Below are positions 38,054 through 46,980 of a stretch of DNA of 64,000 nucleotides, piece by piece. The number at the start of each line of letters is the position of its first letter. Position 1 is the first letter of the stretch. The position numbers and the translations under genes were made by a program. The stretch comes from an uncultured bacterium. GTDB lineage: Bacteria; Planctomycetota; Phycisphaerae; UBA1845. Under the pieces are notes generated by a model. That model did no database searches. It was not told the DNA's origin and worked only from the letters and a program-made list of their open reading frames with translations. The stretch spans positions 12,999-76,998 of the forward strand of contig CBDUXT010000007.1 of the NCBI GenBank assembly GCA_965371245.1, given 5' to 3'.

Positions 38054-38943
38054 CGTTCTACTCGCGCCGCAATACGCCACCACCGACGGAACTCCTGTAT
38101 GACGTTCCTGATCTGGTCCGCAGCCGGATCGCCGCCATTCTGGAGCATCACGTTGCTCGTGGGCAAGCCGGTGTCATGTTTATGAATAGCCTCGAAGGTC
38201 TACTAACTCGCACGTATGGCGGTCTCGCGGGCCCCGGCTATGAGGCGGCGCGCCAGAGCGACATCCCCGTGATACAGCACTTCTTCTCCTGCACAGATGA
38301 GCAGGCGTTAGACTTCATCGAAGCCTGTTTCAGCTTGAACATGTCTTGTGGCGGGCAGGTGACTATCGACGAGATCAACGCTGTTCTGCGTGAGGAGGGA
38401 ATCGGTTACGAATTGTCGAAGTACCTCGGGCCCGGATTAACTAGCGGTGAGATTCGGATCGGGCAGCCTATTCCTGAGGACCAGCTACCGCGAGTCATCA
38501 GAGTTGATAGCCAAGCGATCCACGCCGAGGTGGTCGCGCCGGCGCTTGGGCTTCTATCGAACCCCATCTTCGGGGTCGCCAATACCGAAATGCTCAAGGC
38601 ACACGGCGATCATCGCGCCGGGCAAGACGAAGATGCCATTACCGCCTGCTGCTCAGCCTTTGAGAGCGTGCTGAAGACGATCTGTGACCAGAAAGGGTGG
38701 ACCTTCGACGCGGACAAAGACACCTGCGCGACGCTCGTTGATACCTGTTACAAGGAAGGCTTGTTCGCCTCGTTCTATTTGGAGCTTTTCAAGCGTGTCG
38801 GCACGATCCGCAACAAGCTGGGCGACGCGCACGGCCGCGGGCCGACGCCGCTTCACGATGTGGAAGCCGCCCATGCGGAACACATGCTCTACATGGTCTC
38901 GACCCACATTATCCTCTTGTGCAAACTAGCGGGGCTTGAATGA
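38050..38943 (+). CDS. AbiJ-like protein with C-terminal Abi_C/HEPN-type motif (297 aa)
   Basis: TTG start overlaps the hsdM stop (TTGA). The C-terminal helix pair contains R-x6-H, IRNKLGDAHG (38809-38832), as in the Abi_C (HEPN clan) pattern lRN..g.aHG. The N-terminal YDVPDLVRSRIAAIL resembles AbiJ N-domains. Confidence 0.5.
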   Translation: MTFYSRRNTPPPTELLYDVPDLVRSRIAAILEHHVARGQAGVMFMNSLEGLLTRTYGGLAGPGYEAARQSDIPVIQHFFSCTDEQALDFIEACFSLNMSCGGQVTIDEINAVLREEGIGYELSKYLGPGLTSGEIRIGQPIPEDQLPRVIRVDSQAIHAEVVAPALGLLSNPIFGVANTEMLKAHGDHRAGQDEDAITACCSAFESVLKTICDQKGWTFDADKDTCATLVDTCYKEGLFASFYLELFKRVGTIRNKLGDAHGRGPTPLHDVEAAHAEHMLYMVSTHIILLCKLAGLE

Positions 38944-40475
38944 CTTCGGTCTCGCTCAATTCAACGACCCTGAACGCGGACATCGACGAATTGCCAGAGG
39001 GGTGGACGGTTGCCTCGCTCGGCAGAGTGACGCAAGTCGTCTCGAACATCAAACCGGCGAAGGAGCCCAACCGGGTCTTCCGATACGTGGACATTGGGGC
39101 GGTCGACAACGGCACTAACCGGATCGCTGGGACTAGGAACGTCCAAGGCAAAGATGCACCGTCGCGTGCTCGCAGACCAATTCGCCCAAACGATGTCTTG
39201 TTCTCGAATGTTCGTACGTACTTGCGCAACATGGCCTTGGTTACTGAGGTCGATCACGCGGACGTCTGTTCTACCGGGTTTACGGTGTTGCGGTCGAACG
39301 GTGCAGCCCTACCTAGCTTTCTGTTCTGCGCGGCTTTGCGAGATAGCTTTATCGATGCAGTTACGAAGACTCAAACTGGGACCCACTACCCGGCGACTAG
39401 CGAGGCCAAGGTTCGTGCTGCGTCAATCCCACTGCCGCCGCTTTCCGAGCAGGTGAGGATCGTCGAGGCGATCGAACGCTTGACGGCTCGCGTTGATTCA
39501 GCTCGTCAGCGACTTGGCAACGTCCCCAAGATCCTGAAACGCTTCCGCGAAACTATCCTCGCCGCAGCCTGTACCGGACGACTCACCGAAGCCTGGAGAG
39601 AGGGGCACGCTGGCACTCGAAGTGCCGTCGAGCAGCTCGCGGAGTTTGAGTCCGCACATGCTCGACTGCGTAGCTCCAGCGCCGGAACCCGCGCTGCAAA
39701 GGCGGAGGCCACACTCGAGCTCGATGGACTACCTGATCTGCCATCAACATGGTGCTACCGAAGCGCGGACTCGATCGTCGATCCAGCTACGGTTATCTCA
39801 TACGGCATCGTGCTTCCCGGCCCCGAAGTGGAACGTGGCATTCCGTACGTCCGACAGCAGGATGTCATCGATGGCACCGTTCTCGTCGACCAACTCCGTC
39901 GCACCACACCTGAGATCGCGGCGAAACATCAGCGGTCAACACTTGTGACCGGGGATGTTCTCCTGTGCATCATCCGTCACCTTCGAGTTGCGATCGTTCC
40001 ACCTGGGATCGATGGAGCGAATCTCACGCAGGGTACCGTTCGACTCCGCCCTGCTCGGGTTGCCTCCGGACCGTATCTCGCCATGTACCTCGGCGGTATC
40101 CACGCCCAGAACTGGATGCGACAGCGCCACTTTGGCATGTCCATGCCTCGCATCAATGTGAGGGATGCACGCGCGCTCCCGGTCGCGGTTCCACCTGTCC
40201 AAGAGCAAGCTGAAATCGTCCAGCGCGTTCAGTCGTTGATGAAACTCGCGAACGCCATCGAGCGTCGCGTTGTCGCCGCAACTGCACGGGCGGACAAAAT
40301 CACCCAGGCAGTGCTGGCCAAAGCCTTTCGCGGCGAACTCGTTCCCACCGAAGCCGAGCTTGCCCGCGCCGAAGGCCGCCGCTACGAATCCGCGGTCGAC
40401 CTGCTTGCTCGTATCAATTCGCGTGTTGAATCTGTTCCAAAGGTTCGGCGGCGCAAACAAAGGACAAGTCGTTGA
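38940..40475 (+). CDS. hsdS: Type I restriction-modification specificity subunit HsdS (two target-recognition domains)
   Basis: LPEGWTVASLGRV...NDVLFSNVRTYL...STGFTVLR...IPLPPLSEQVRIVEAIERL, then a second half LPDLPSTW...GDVLLCIIR...VAVPPVQEQAEIVQRVQSLM...LAKAFRGELVP. ATGA overlap with the upstream gene. Confidence 0.85.
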   Translation: MTSVSLNSTTLNADIDELPEGWTVASLGRVTQVVSNIKPAKEPNRVFRYVDIGAVDNGTNRIAGTRNVQGKDAPSRARRPIRPNDVLFSNVRTYLRNMALVTEVDHADVCSTGFTVLRSNGAALPSFLFCAALRDSFIDAVTKTQTGTHYPATSEAKVRAASIPLPPLSEQVRIVEAIERLTARVDSARQRLGNVPKILKRFRETILAAACTGRLTEAWREGHAGTRSAVEQLAEFESAHARLRSSSAGTRAAKAEATLELDGLPDLPSTWCYRSADSIVDPATVISYGIVLPGPEVERGIPYVRQQDVIDGTVLVDQLRRTTPEIAAKHQRSTLVTGDVLLCIIRHLRVAIVPPGIDGANLTQGTVRLRPARVASGPYLAMYLGGIHAQNWMRQRHFGMSMPRINVRDARALPVAVPPVQEQAEIVQRVQSLMKLANAIERRVVAATARADKITQAVLAKAFRGELVPTEAELARAEGRRYESAVDLLARINSRVESVPKVRRRKQRTSR

Positions 40476-43141
40476 GTGACGTTGAAGCCAATCAAAGCCA
40501 AGAAGCATCTCCTGATGTGGAGGGCTCGCTAGACGTTGTCCAGTGGAGTCGGCAACTGCCGATTTGGATGCACGATGCGCTCCGCCGACTCTACCAGCAT
40601 GGAATATTGACCTCCAAAGATGATGACGAACTCCTTTCGATCTGCGCAACCGCCAACGGCGTAGAGCTTGAATCTGTGCCCAAAGTAGACCCAATTCCAC
40701 TCGATCCGGCGCACGTACCTGACGATAGACAGGTCGAGAATCCGGTCGCGCTGGTCGAACTTCGTGATTTGCTCCATGTGAACGCCGTCGCACCTGATCA
40801 GAAACTCGCATTTGCTCAGTCGGGTCTGACGATTATCTACGGTGATAACGGTTCAGGTAAATCAGGTTATGTACGTTTACTAAAGCGTGCGTGCCGGGCC
40901 CGGCACCGCGAAGGCTCGCTACTGCCGAACGTATACGCCGACCCGCCAACCAGCCCGGCCAGCGCTAAGCTCAAGTACTCCATCAATCAACAGAACCATA
41001 ACCATGATTGGGTCGATGGTAGCGACTCAACACCCTCGGAACTCTCGCGCATAAGCGTGTTTGATTCACGCTGCGCTGAAACCCACGTCACAGGCAAGAA
41101 TGAGTTGGCCTACACTCCGCGCGCGCTAGCAGTTCTGTCGGAGCTGGCGAAAGCCGCTCAAAGGATGAAGGCCAAGCTGCAGCAATTGCAGAGGCAACTA
41201 GAAGCAGAGCGACCACCCTGGATGACCACGATGCCGAAGCCGTTTCGTGATACGACGGCCGTCGGCAAACTTATTGGCGGGTTATCCGCCGATACCACAA
41301 TCGAATCTGTCGACGGGCTCGCGCGATTAACAAGCGCCGAGGAACTCCGCCTCAATCAACTCAAAACGGACTTGGGCGAGCTGCCTTTCCGCACGGTGCA
41401 AAGGCTGCGTGGCACGGTCCAGCGATTGGACTCTGCGATCAATCTCGTTGAAACAGCAGTTCGGGCTCTTTCGGATGAGAGTGTCTCGACTTTCCGTAAG
41501 CAGCTTGAGGAACTTACGGTGAAGCGCGACGCCGCACGCATTGCGGCAGACGTGAGAGCAGGCGACTACCCACTGTTAGGTGTCGGATCTGGGAGTTGGA
41601 AATCACTCTGGGAGGCCGCCCGCAAGTATTCTGAATCTGACGCGTATGCTGATCAGCCTTTTCCTGTCACGGTGGAGAATGCTAGATGTGTGCTTTGCCA
41701 ACAAGAGCTGGATTCGACCGCTAGCGACCGGCTGACTCGCTTTGAGGCATTCGTTAAGAATGAGACGCAAGTACAATTCGAGGCCGCGACGCGCTCAGTT
41801 GATGCTGGCCGAAGCACGTTTCGCGACCTCCAGTTGATTCCAGGTGAGATTCGCGCTGCGCGCGACGTTGTCCGGACAGAACTTGATCAGCGGAACCTTG
41901 CGACAGTATTACGACGCTATCTGATGCGAGCGCTCCGAATCCTATCGACTATCCTAAAAACCGAAGCGGCCGCTGATCTCGATACACTGCGTCAGCTTGG
42001 CGTCTCACCGCTTGATGAATTGCGTTTGGTACGCGATAACCTCAACACTCGAATCGCCGAGCTATCATCCGCGACAAACTCCGACTCACAGCGCCAGCTT
42101 GAAACCGAACGCGATGAACTGGAGGACCGTCTGTGGCTCAGGTCGTCGCGTCAGTTGGTTCTTCGTGAAATGCGCCGGCTTGTCAAGTTGTCGATGATCA
42201 AGTCGGCACTTGACGATACGAGCACGAACCGCGTCACACGGCACGCGACGCGGCTTGCAGCCGAAGTGGTTACCGCGAAGCTCCGGGATTGCTTCGCGCG
42301 CGAAGTCGAAAAGCTCGGAATCGGAAGTCTGCGTGCTGAAATGTCGCAACTCGGAGGAATGACGGGAGATTCGATATTCGGAATCACATTGATACGCAGC
42401 CGAAGCACAAGCGTGGCCGACGTGTTCAGTGAAGGAGAATTCCGATGCATCGCCCTTGCCGCGTTCCTGGCCGAACTTGCTACCGCCGACGATCAATCTG
42501 GGATCGTATTTGACGATCCGGTTTCTTCACTCGATCACAATCACCGTGAAGCCGTCGCGAAGCGATTGGCTGAGGAGGCGTCAAATCGGCAAGTAATCGT
42601 TTTTACGCACGACATCGTTTTCTTGTGCGAATTGGATGAGGCTGCGCGAGAGCAAGGCTTCGATCCAAAGTACCAATGCATCACACGAGGGGACGAGGCT
42701 GCGGGCTTCGCAACCTCGGAAATACCTCATAACAAACAACCGCCTCAAAGTGCTCTTTCAGGGATCGAGACACACCTCGATAACACCAAGCGACAGTACG
42801 AAACGGGACAGCAGGCCGAGTGGACAAGGACTGCCAAGTCGATCGCCGGTCAGATTCGTGACTGCTGGGAACTCGCCGCCGAACATGCGCTCAAGCCGGT
42901 GATGTCTCGGTTTTCGCACAAGACGGCACCATCCAGATTCAACGCTGTGTCCGTTTTGGACGCTTCGGATTCCACGGAGATGAAAGAAGGATATGCGTGC
43001 TGCTCCGGATGGGCGCACACCTCTGGCCCTGCGGCCCAGGCCGCTCCCGCTACGCCCGCAGAGCTTCAGGCGGAAATCAACCGCCTCAAGCACTGGCTGG
43101 AGGCTATCGAACTAAAGCAAGCAGGGCTGCGATCAACTTAG
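40472..43141 (+). CDS. Rad50/ABC-type ATPase with coiled-coil CxxC hook (AAA_13 / RloC-like, possible anticodon nuclease), 889 aa
   Basis: Walker A GDNGSGKSG (40841-64). ~500-aa helical insert with CVLC (41687-98) near its midpoint. Signature-like FSEGEFRCIALAAFL, Walker B/D-loop GIVFDDPVSSLD, H-loop VIVFTHD. The C-terminal domain has IRDCWE (R-x3-E, 42857-71) and a downstream GWAHTSG. TTGA overlap with hsdS. Confidence 0.55.
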   Translation: MSDVEANQSQEASPDVEGSLDVVQWSRQLPIWMHDALRRLYQHGILTSKDDDELLSICATANGVELESVPKVDPIPLDPAHVPDDRQVENPVALVELRDLLHVNAVAPDQKLAFAQSGLTIIYGDNGSGKSGYVRLLKRACRARHREGSLLPNVYADPPTSPASAKLKYSINQQNHNHDWVDGSDSTPSELSRISVFDSRCAETHVTGKNELAYTPRALAVLSELAKAAQRMKAKLQQLQRQLEAERPPWMTTMPKPFRDTTAVGKLIGGLSADTTIESVDGLARLTSAEELRLNQLKTDLGELPFRTVQRLRGTVQRLDSAINLVETAVRALSDESVSTFRKQLEELTVKRDAARIAADVRAGDYPLLGVGSGSWKSLWEAARKYSESDAYADQPFPVTVENARCVLCQQELDSTASDRLTRFEAFVKNETQVQFEAATRSVDAGRSTFRDLQLIPGEIRAARDVVRTELDQRNLATVLRRYLMRALRILSTILKTEAAADLDTLRQLGVSPLDELRLVRDNLNTRIAELSSATNSDSQRQLETERDELEDRLWLRSSRQLVLREMRRLVKLSMIKSALDDTSTNRVTRHATRLAAEVVTAKLRDCFAREVEKLGIGSLRAEMSQLGGMTGDSIFGITLIRSRSTSVADVFSEGEFRCIALAAFLAELATADDQSGIVFDDPVSSLDHNHREAVAKRLAEEASNRQVIVFTHDIVFLCELDEAAREQGFDPKYQCITRGDEAAGFATSEIPHNKQPPQSALSGIETHLDNTKRQYETGQQAEWTRTAKSIAGQIRDCWELAAEHALKPVMSRFSHKTAPSRFNAVSVLDASDSTEMKEGYACCSGWAHTSGPAAQAAPATPAELQAEINRLKHWLEAIELKQAGLRST

Positions 43142-43161
43142 ACCAACCATGCCATACATTC

Positions 43162-43947
43162 CTACTCAAAGACTCGAACAATCCGGCGTTTCCAGGGAAC
43201 GTTTCCGACGGGAACCAGTTCATTACCTGCAACACGGCGCGCGCGGTTGACGGCCCGCCACACATTGAGAAGCTGGACCCGAATCGGTGCATACGGCTGA
43301 AATTCTATGGCCGCAAAATCAGCTCCGACCACTGCTGCCGAGCGGTAACACGCTCGGTCAAGAAACCACTCCTTCAGCCGCAAATACTCAGCCCGCTCGA
43401 TTCGCACACAAGCGTGTCCGTTGCGGTAGCTGAGGCCGTAACCTGCGAACTTTATCGGAACGCGACGAGCGTCGCGTATTCGGCGAGTTTCTTCGTCAAA
43501 GTAACGGTGGCCCCCGTGCGTGGCCATCAGCAGGAAACACCGCTCGTTCCGGATGTACTGTATGTTGGCCAAGCCGGCGCGCTTGCGACGGGCGCGCTCC
43601 CATCGTGACACGTCGATGCCGTATTTCTTGATGAGCTTGGCGTCCACCACGGCCGGATCCTTCCTCTCTGGAATCCGTCCGGCCACGTAGAACCAATAGC
43701 CATGCCGTAGGTATTGTACGGCAACTTGCTGCACGAATCCTTCGACGGACGTAGCCACGCATCGGTACTCAACTCGCTTCTTTCCCACGCTCTTCTCTCG
43801 TAATTCTGGCGGCCGAACCGGACCCCATACCGGGACGCCGTCGGGAATAGATTGCACCGTATGCACACGGCTCCTCCCCGGCCACCAATTGCACACCGAA
43901 CAACTTGGGATTGTTTGTCGGCACAATCCCGAAAGCCATCGAACCAT
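43162..43947 (-). CDS. Hypothetical protein (conserved-looking, function unknown)
   Basis: ORF is open to 44016 and the start is placed at the internal MVRWLSG to avoid overlap with the upstream gene. The protein-like core is VQYLRHGYWFYVAGRIPERKDPAVVDAKLIKKYGIDVSRWERARRKRAGLANIQYIRNERCFLLMATHG. No family was recognised. Confidence 0.4.
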   Translation of the reverse strand: MVRWLSGLCRQTIPSCSVCNWWPGRSRVHTVQSIPDGVPVWGPVRPPELREKSVGKKRVEYRCVATSVEGFVQQVAVQYLRHGYWFYVAGRIPERKDPAVVDAKLIKKYGIDVSRWERARRKRAGLANIQYIRNERCFLLMATHGGHRYFDEETRRIRDARRVPIKFAGYGLSYRNGHACVRIERAEYLRLKEWFLDRACYRSAAVVGADFAAIEFQPYAPIRVQLLNVWRAVNRARRVAGNELVPVGNVPWKRRIVRVFE

Positions 43948-43978
43948 GTTGGTGCACGACCAACCTTCAACAATTGAC

Positions 43979-44188
43979 TCAGCCGCAGAAGCCAAGCAGC
44001 GCGCGCAGGTCATCATCCGTCGGCGGGCGACCGATGCCTTCGGTGTAGAGCGCCACGAGGCGTTCCCTCACCTTCCAGGGCAGATCGTCCGGTTCAACGA
44101 GGACGAGTCCCGTAGCCTGCAACTGCTCGACGTAGTCTGCGGCCGGGTCACCAATTACGGCGCCGTTTGCCGTTTTCCACCAACCCAT
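43979..44188 (-). CDS. Small acidic hypothetical protein (69 aa)
   Basis: GGAGGA 6 nt upstream of ATG 44188. MGWWKTANGAVIGDPAADYVEQLQATGLVLVEPDDLPWKVRERLVALYTEGIGRPPTDDDLRALLGFCG. Confidence 0.55.
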   Translation of the reverse strand: MGWWKTANGAVIGDPAADYVEQLQATGLVLVEPDDLPWKVRERLVALYTEGIGRPPTDDDLRALLGFCG

Positions 44189-45459
44189 GTTTATCCTCCG
44201 TCGTACACTCGAAACCTCCCTTCGATTCACGATTACCAGCGTGCTTCGCGCAGCGAACCGGGCGCGGCCACACTTGTTTCCAAGTTGACCGCGCCCAGTA
44301 ATAAGAAGCAGCGCGAAGCACCACTCGATCAACCGCCATGCACCACGTACACGTCGGCTATCAACGTCAGATCATCGCCACAGGCCGCTCGCGCTCCCGC
44401 GCGAGTCGCATGTGACCACGTAACCACCTCGTCAAAGGACCGATGCGGACCGATTCCGCACCGGCACACCGTACAAATGGAATACCCGTCAGCCCTTTCG
44501 TTGTTGTCACGCATCCGGCACCACCCGGACGCACAAACGGCCCGCCACTGCCTTGCAGCGGAATCCGCTCCCGATTCATCGGGACTTCTACTTGGGCCAC
44601 ACTCCCACTCTGCAGCGTTTGAATCACGCGGCTAACCAAGCCGCGCACCGGGCACCAGGCCGGCGGCTGCAGAGCTTCCCGGATTATCAGCAGTTGTTCA
44701 CCAATCAGTCACGTCGCTAGGCCGTGTTACCGGCCGGGTCTACGTCGTATGTCCGCGCTTCCGCAACGGCATAGTTTCCCCGCCATCGGCGGGATTTCAG
44801 CGGGCAGAAACAAGAAGCTCCCGCTTACCCGTCAACGTAGATTCTTCGCGGTTCGGCACCGTCTCTGATTGATGTGACCAGCAAGCCCTTACGGGCCTTT
44901 CATGGTTGAGCTTTTCGCGGTCCGCTGTTTGGGCGGATCCCCGGACGAGTCAGGTCCGGTCGCGCGTGTCGCCACGCTGCGAGCTCCCCACGCTGGCCAA
45001 GGTTGAACAAGCCTCCGAGACTTTCACCCGATTTGCGCACTGCAACGGTGAGCTTCGGCTCGAACCCCCTGGATAGGATTTGTCGTACACGACAAGACGC
45101 ACCTACTTCAACTGCTGCGACCTCGGCGATCCGCGTAACACCACGGCTCGTCGAGGCGCGTCTCCGTCGCCCCGATTCAAAATGTCAATTCGCTATCGGA
45201 TAGAACTGCAGGATTACTTCCTTTTTCGGAGATTAGTCTGCAGAGCCTCCGTCGAGCCGGACAAGCGCGTCTCCACGCATCCGGCTCTACGGGTAGCATC
45301 GTTGCGACTGGTGAGGTCGCACTCTTAGCCCGGCTGGTGAAGCCAGGTTTACCGAGTGATGCCGCCCATTTGTACGTTGTCACGGTTACGTGTTGACGTT
45401 CGTGACGAACACGAGGTCTTCGCCTCGTTCAAGGAACCTAGCGTACTCGCCAGCCAAAG

Positions 45460-46167
45460 TCACGCCGCAGATGCCAACTTTATGGCAGCTTCGCTTTGCA
45501 TGCGCGTTTGAATCGAAGCGGGAATCCAACCGTAACCGTTGCGAATCGAGACTTCGGTAATCGTAAACTGCCGGGGATCCTCAAACTCGAAGTACGGCGC
45601 GTGATACGACAGAAGGACGAGGTCGGCGACCGGCGCGGTGAACGTATGGACGAGTCCACGCGTGAGAACGACCACGTCGCCGGCCTGAACGACAACAGAG
45701 CGTAGCTCATTGCAGCTAGCGCCTTCGGGCATGTAGTGGAACAGACCGAACCCGGCGGCGATGGCGATGAACCGGTCGGACAACTCGTGGACATGGAGCG
45801 GCAGGTCCACGGTGCCTTCCGAGAAACAGAGATACACCAGGGCGTTGTCGTCATCGGCGTCGTCGCGCCATACGCCGCCCGCAATCCCGGCGTTGCCCTC
45901 GAAACCGGGCTCGACCCGAATCGGGTGACGTTGGAGCAGTTGATCAGCGAGCGCGGAGGGCGACGGCGTCGTCGAGCCTAGCGCGACCCGACCCTTGACA
46001 AACACCGGTGCCACTCCAGCGGCATCAGCACGGATGCGACCTAGCGCCTGGCGGGCCACCGACATGATGGCCTGTAGAGGGCTGGCGGACTCCCCAGCCC
46101 TTACGTCGTACTGCACGTTGCGATTCCCTGCAACACGATCCTCAAATACCGCCCGCACCGCGTTCAT
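45460..46167 (-). CDS. Cupin-fold protein
   Basis: The C-terminal half, DLPLHVHELSDRFIAIAAGFGLFHY...VVVQAGDVVVLTRGLVHTF, fits the two cupin motifs (HxH..E ... G....P....H). ORF is open to 46353 and the start is placed at MNAVRAVF. Confidence 0.5.
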   Translation of the reverse strand: MNAVRAVFEDRVAGNRNVQYDVRAGESASPLQAIMSVARQALGRIRADAAGVAPVFVKGRVALGSTTPSPSALADQLLQRHPIRVEPGFEGNAGIAGGVWRDDADDDNALVYLCFSEGTVDLPLHVHELSDRFIAIAAGFGLFHYMPEGASCNELRSVVVQAGDVVVLTRGLVHTFTAPVADLVLLSYHAPYFEFEDPRQFTITEVSIRNGYGWIPASIQTRMQSEAAIKLASAA

Positions 46168-46314
46168 CGGGCACCACCTTCCCGCCTCTCGGCAAAGCTC
46201 CTCGCATCGGCGAGACAAGACCACCGCGCATCGCCCCGACCGCGCGGGGCATCCAATGTTCGGTACTTGTTTGGTACGCAGCAAAACCGCAAAGTCAAGG
46301 TACGAAATCGAAAA

Positions 46315-46953
46315 ATGCCTCCTGACGCAGATATTTTCGTCCCGACCACCCACTTGACCAGGGAAGCCCGGATTCAGGTGCTGCTGGAGGAATACCGCGC
46401 GCTGTACGGCCTTCTGACCTTCCGGTTGGGGGCTATGGACCGTCGTCTGCCCGTCGCCGGGGGCGCACTTGGCGCCCTGCTCGGCGCATCAACGGCCATG
46501 CCAGCGGACACAAAGCTCGCGTTCTTGCTCGGGCTGCCTGTGGCGCTCCTCTGGCTACTGCTTTCCACGGTCCAGCATGCCCGATCGAAGGAGGACCACC
46601 TTCGCAGAATTGACGAGATTGAGCGGCTCGTGAACCGGCTTGCGGGTGAAGAGTTGCTGGTTTTTCAGTCCCGGCACCCGAACAAGCGGCGGACGACGGC
46701 CGGCCGGTCAGGCTTCGGAACGGTTCTGTCCGTCCTCTCGACCTGCTGGATGATGTTGGCCGCCTGCTGTTTTCTGGTCTCGACGCCGCCCCGACTGCTA
46801 GAGCTGGGCGGGATCCTCGCCTACTACCTCTACAACGCTGGCTTGGCCGGAATGATGCTCCACGCGGTCCTCCGGCTTCGACGGTACCGCTACCGCCGCC
46901 CCCCTGCGGACGGCCCCCAACTTTTTGAGGCGTATTCGCAAGATTGGACTTGA
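46315..46953 (+). CDS. Integral membrane protein (about 4 TM helices), unknown function
   Basis: Hydrophobic helices: LPVAGGALGALLGA, LAFLLGLPVALLWLLLS, FGTVLSVLSTCWMMLAACCFLV, LGGILAYYLYNAGLAGMMLHAVL. Divergent from the cupin gene. Confidence 0.45.
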   Translation: MPPDADIFVPTTHLTREARIQVLLEEYRALYGLLTFRLGAMDRRLPVAGGALGALLGASTAMPADTKLAFLLGLPVALLWLLLSTVQHARSKEDHLRRIDEIERLVNRLAGEELLVFQSRHPNKRRTTAGRSGFGTVLSVLSTCWMMLAACCFLVSTPPRLLELGGILAYYLYNAGLAGMMLHAVLRLRRYRYRRPPADGPQLFEAYSQDWT

Positions 46954-46980
46954 CCCACCCCGATTCGTTCGTTAGCACGT

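Noticed and set aside
39936-40811. 291-aa minus-strand ORF across the hsdS/ATPase junction.
   Set aside because: It is antisense to the clearly recognisable HsdS C-terminus and the ATPase N-terminus.
44329-44648. Two small minus-strand ORFs (61 and 93 aa) upstream of the 69-aa acidic protein. One has a CTVCRCG motif.
   Set aside because: They overlap each other in different frames, and neither has a convincing start context. There is insufficient evidence to choose one.
45055-45075. A 10-nt match (tcgaaccccc) to the tmRNA T-arm as a candidate attL. An 8-nt tggaggcg match lies at about 34593.
   Set aside because: Both are too short and in the wrong arrangement relative to the acceptor sequence. 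Matches of this size are expected by chance in 64 kb of GC-rich DNA.
45254-45287. A 34-nt hairpin beginning GAGCCGGA, reminiscent of group II intron domain V (GAGCCGUAU...).
   Set aside because: The inner part lacks the second helix, the 2-nt bulge and the GNRA tetraloop geometry. No reverse-transcriptase ORF or other intron domains are nearby.
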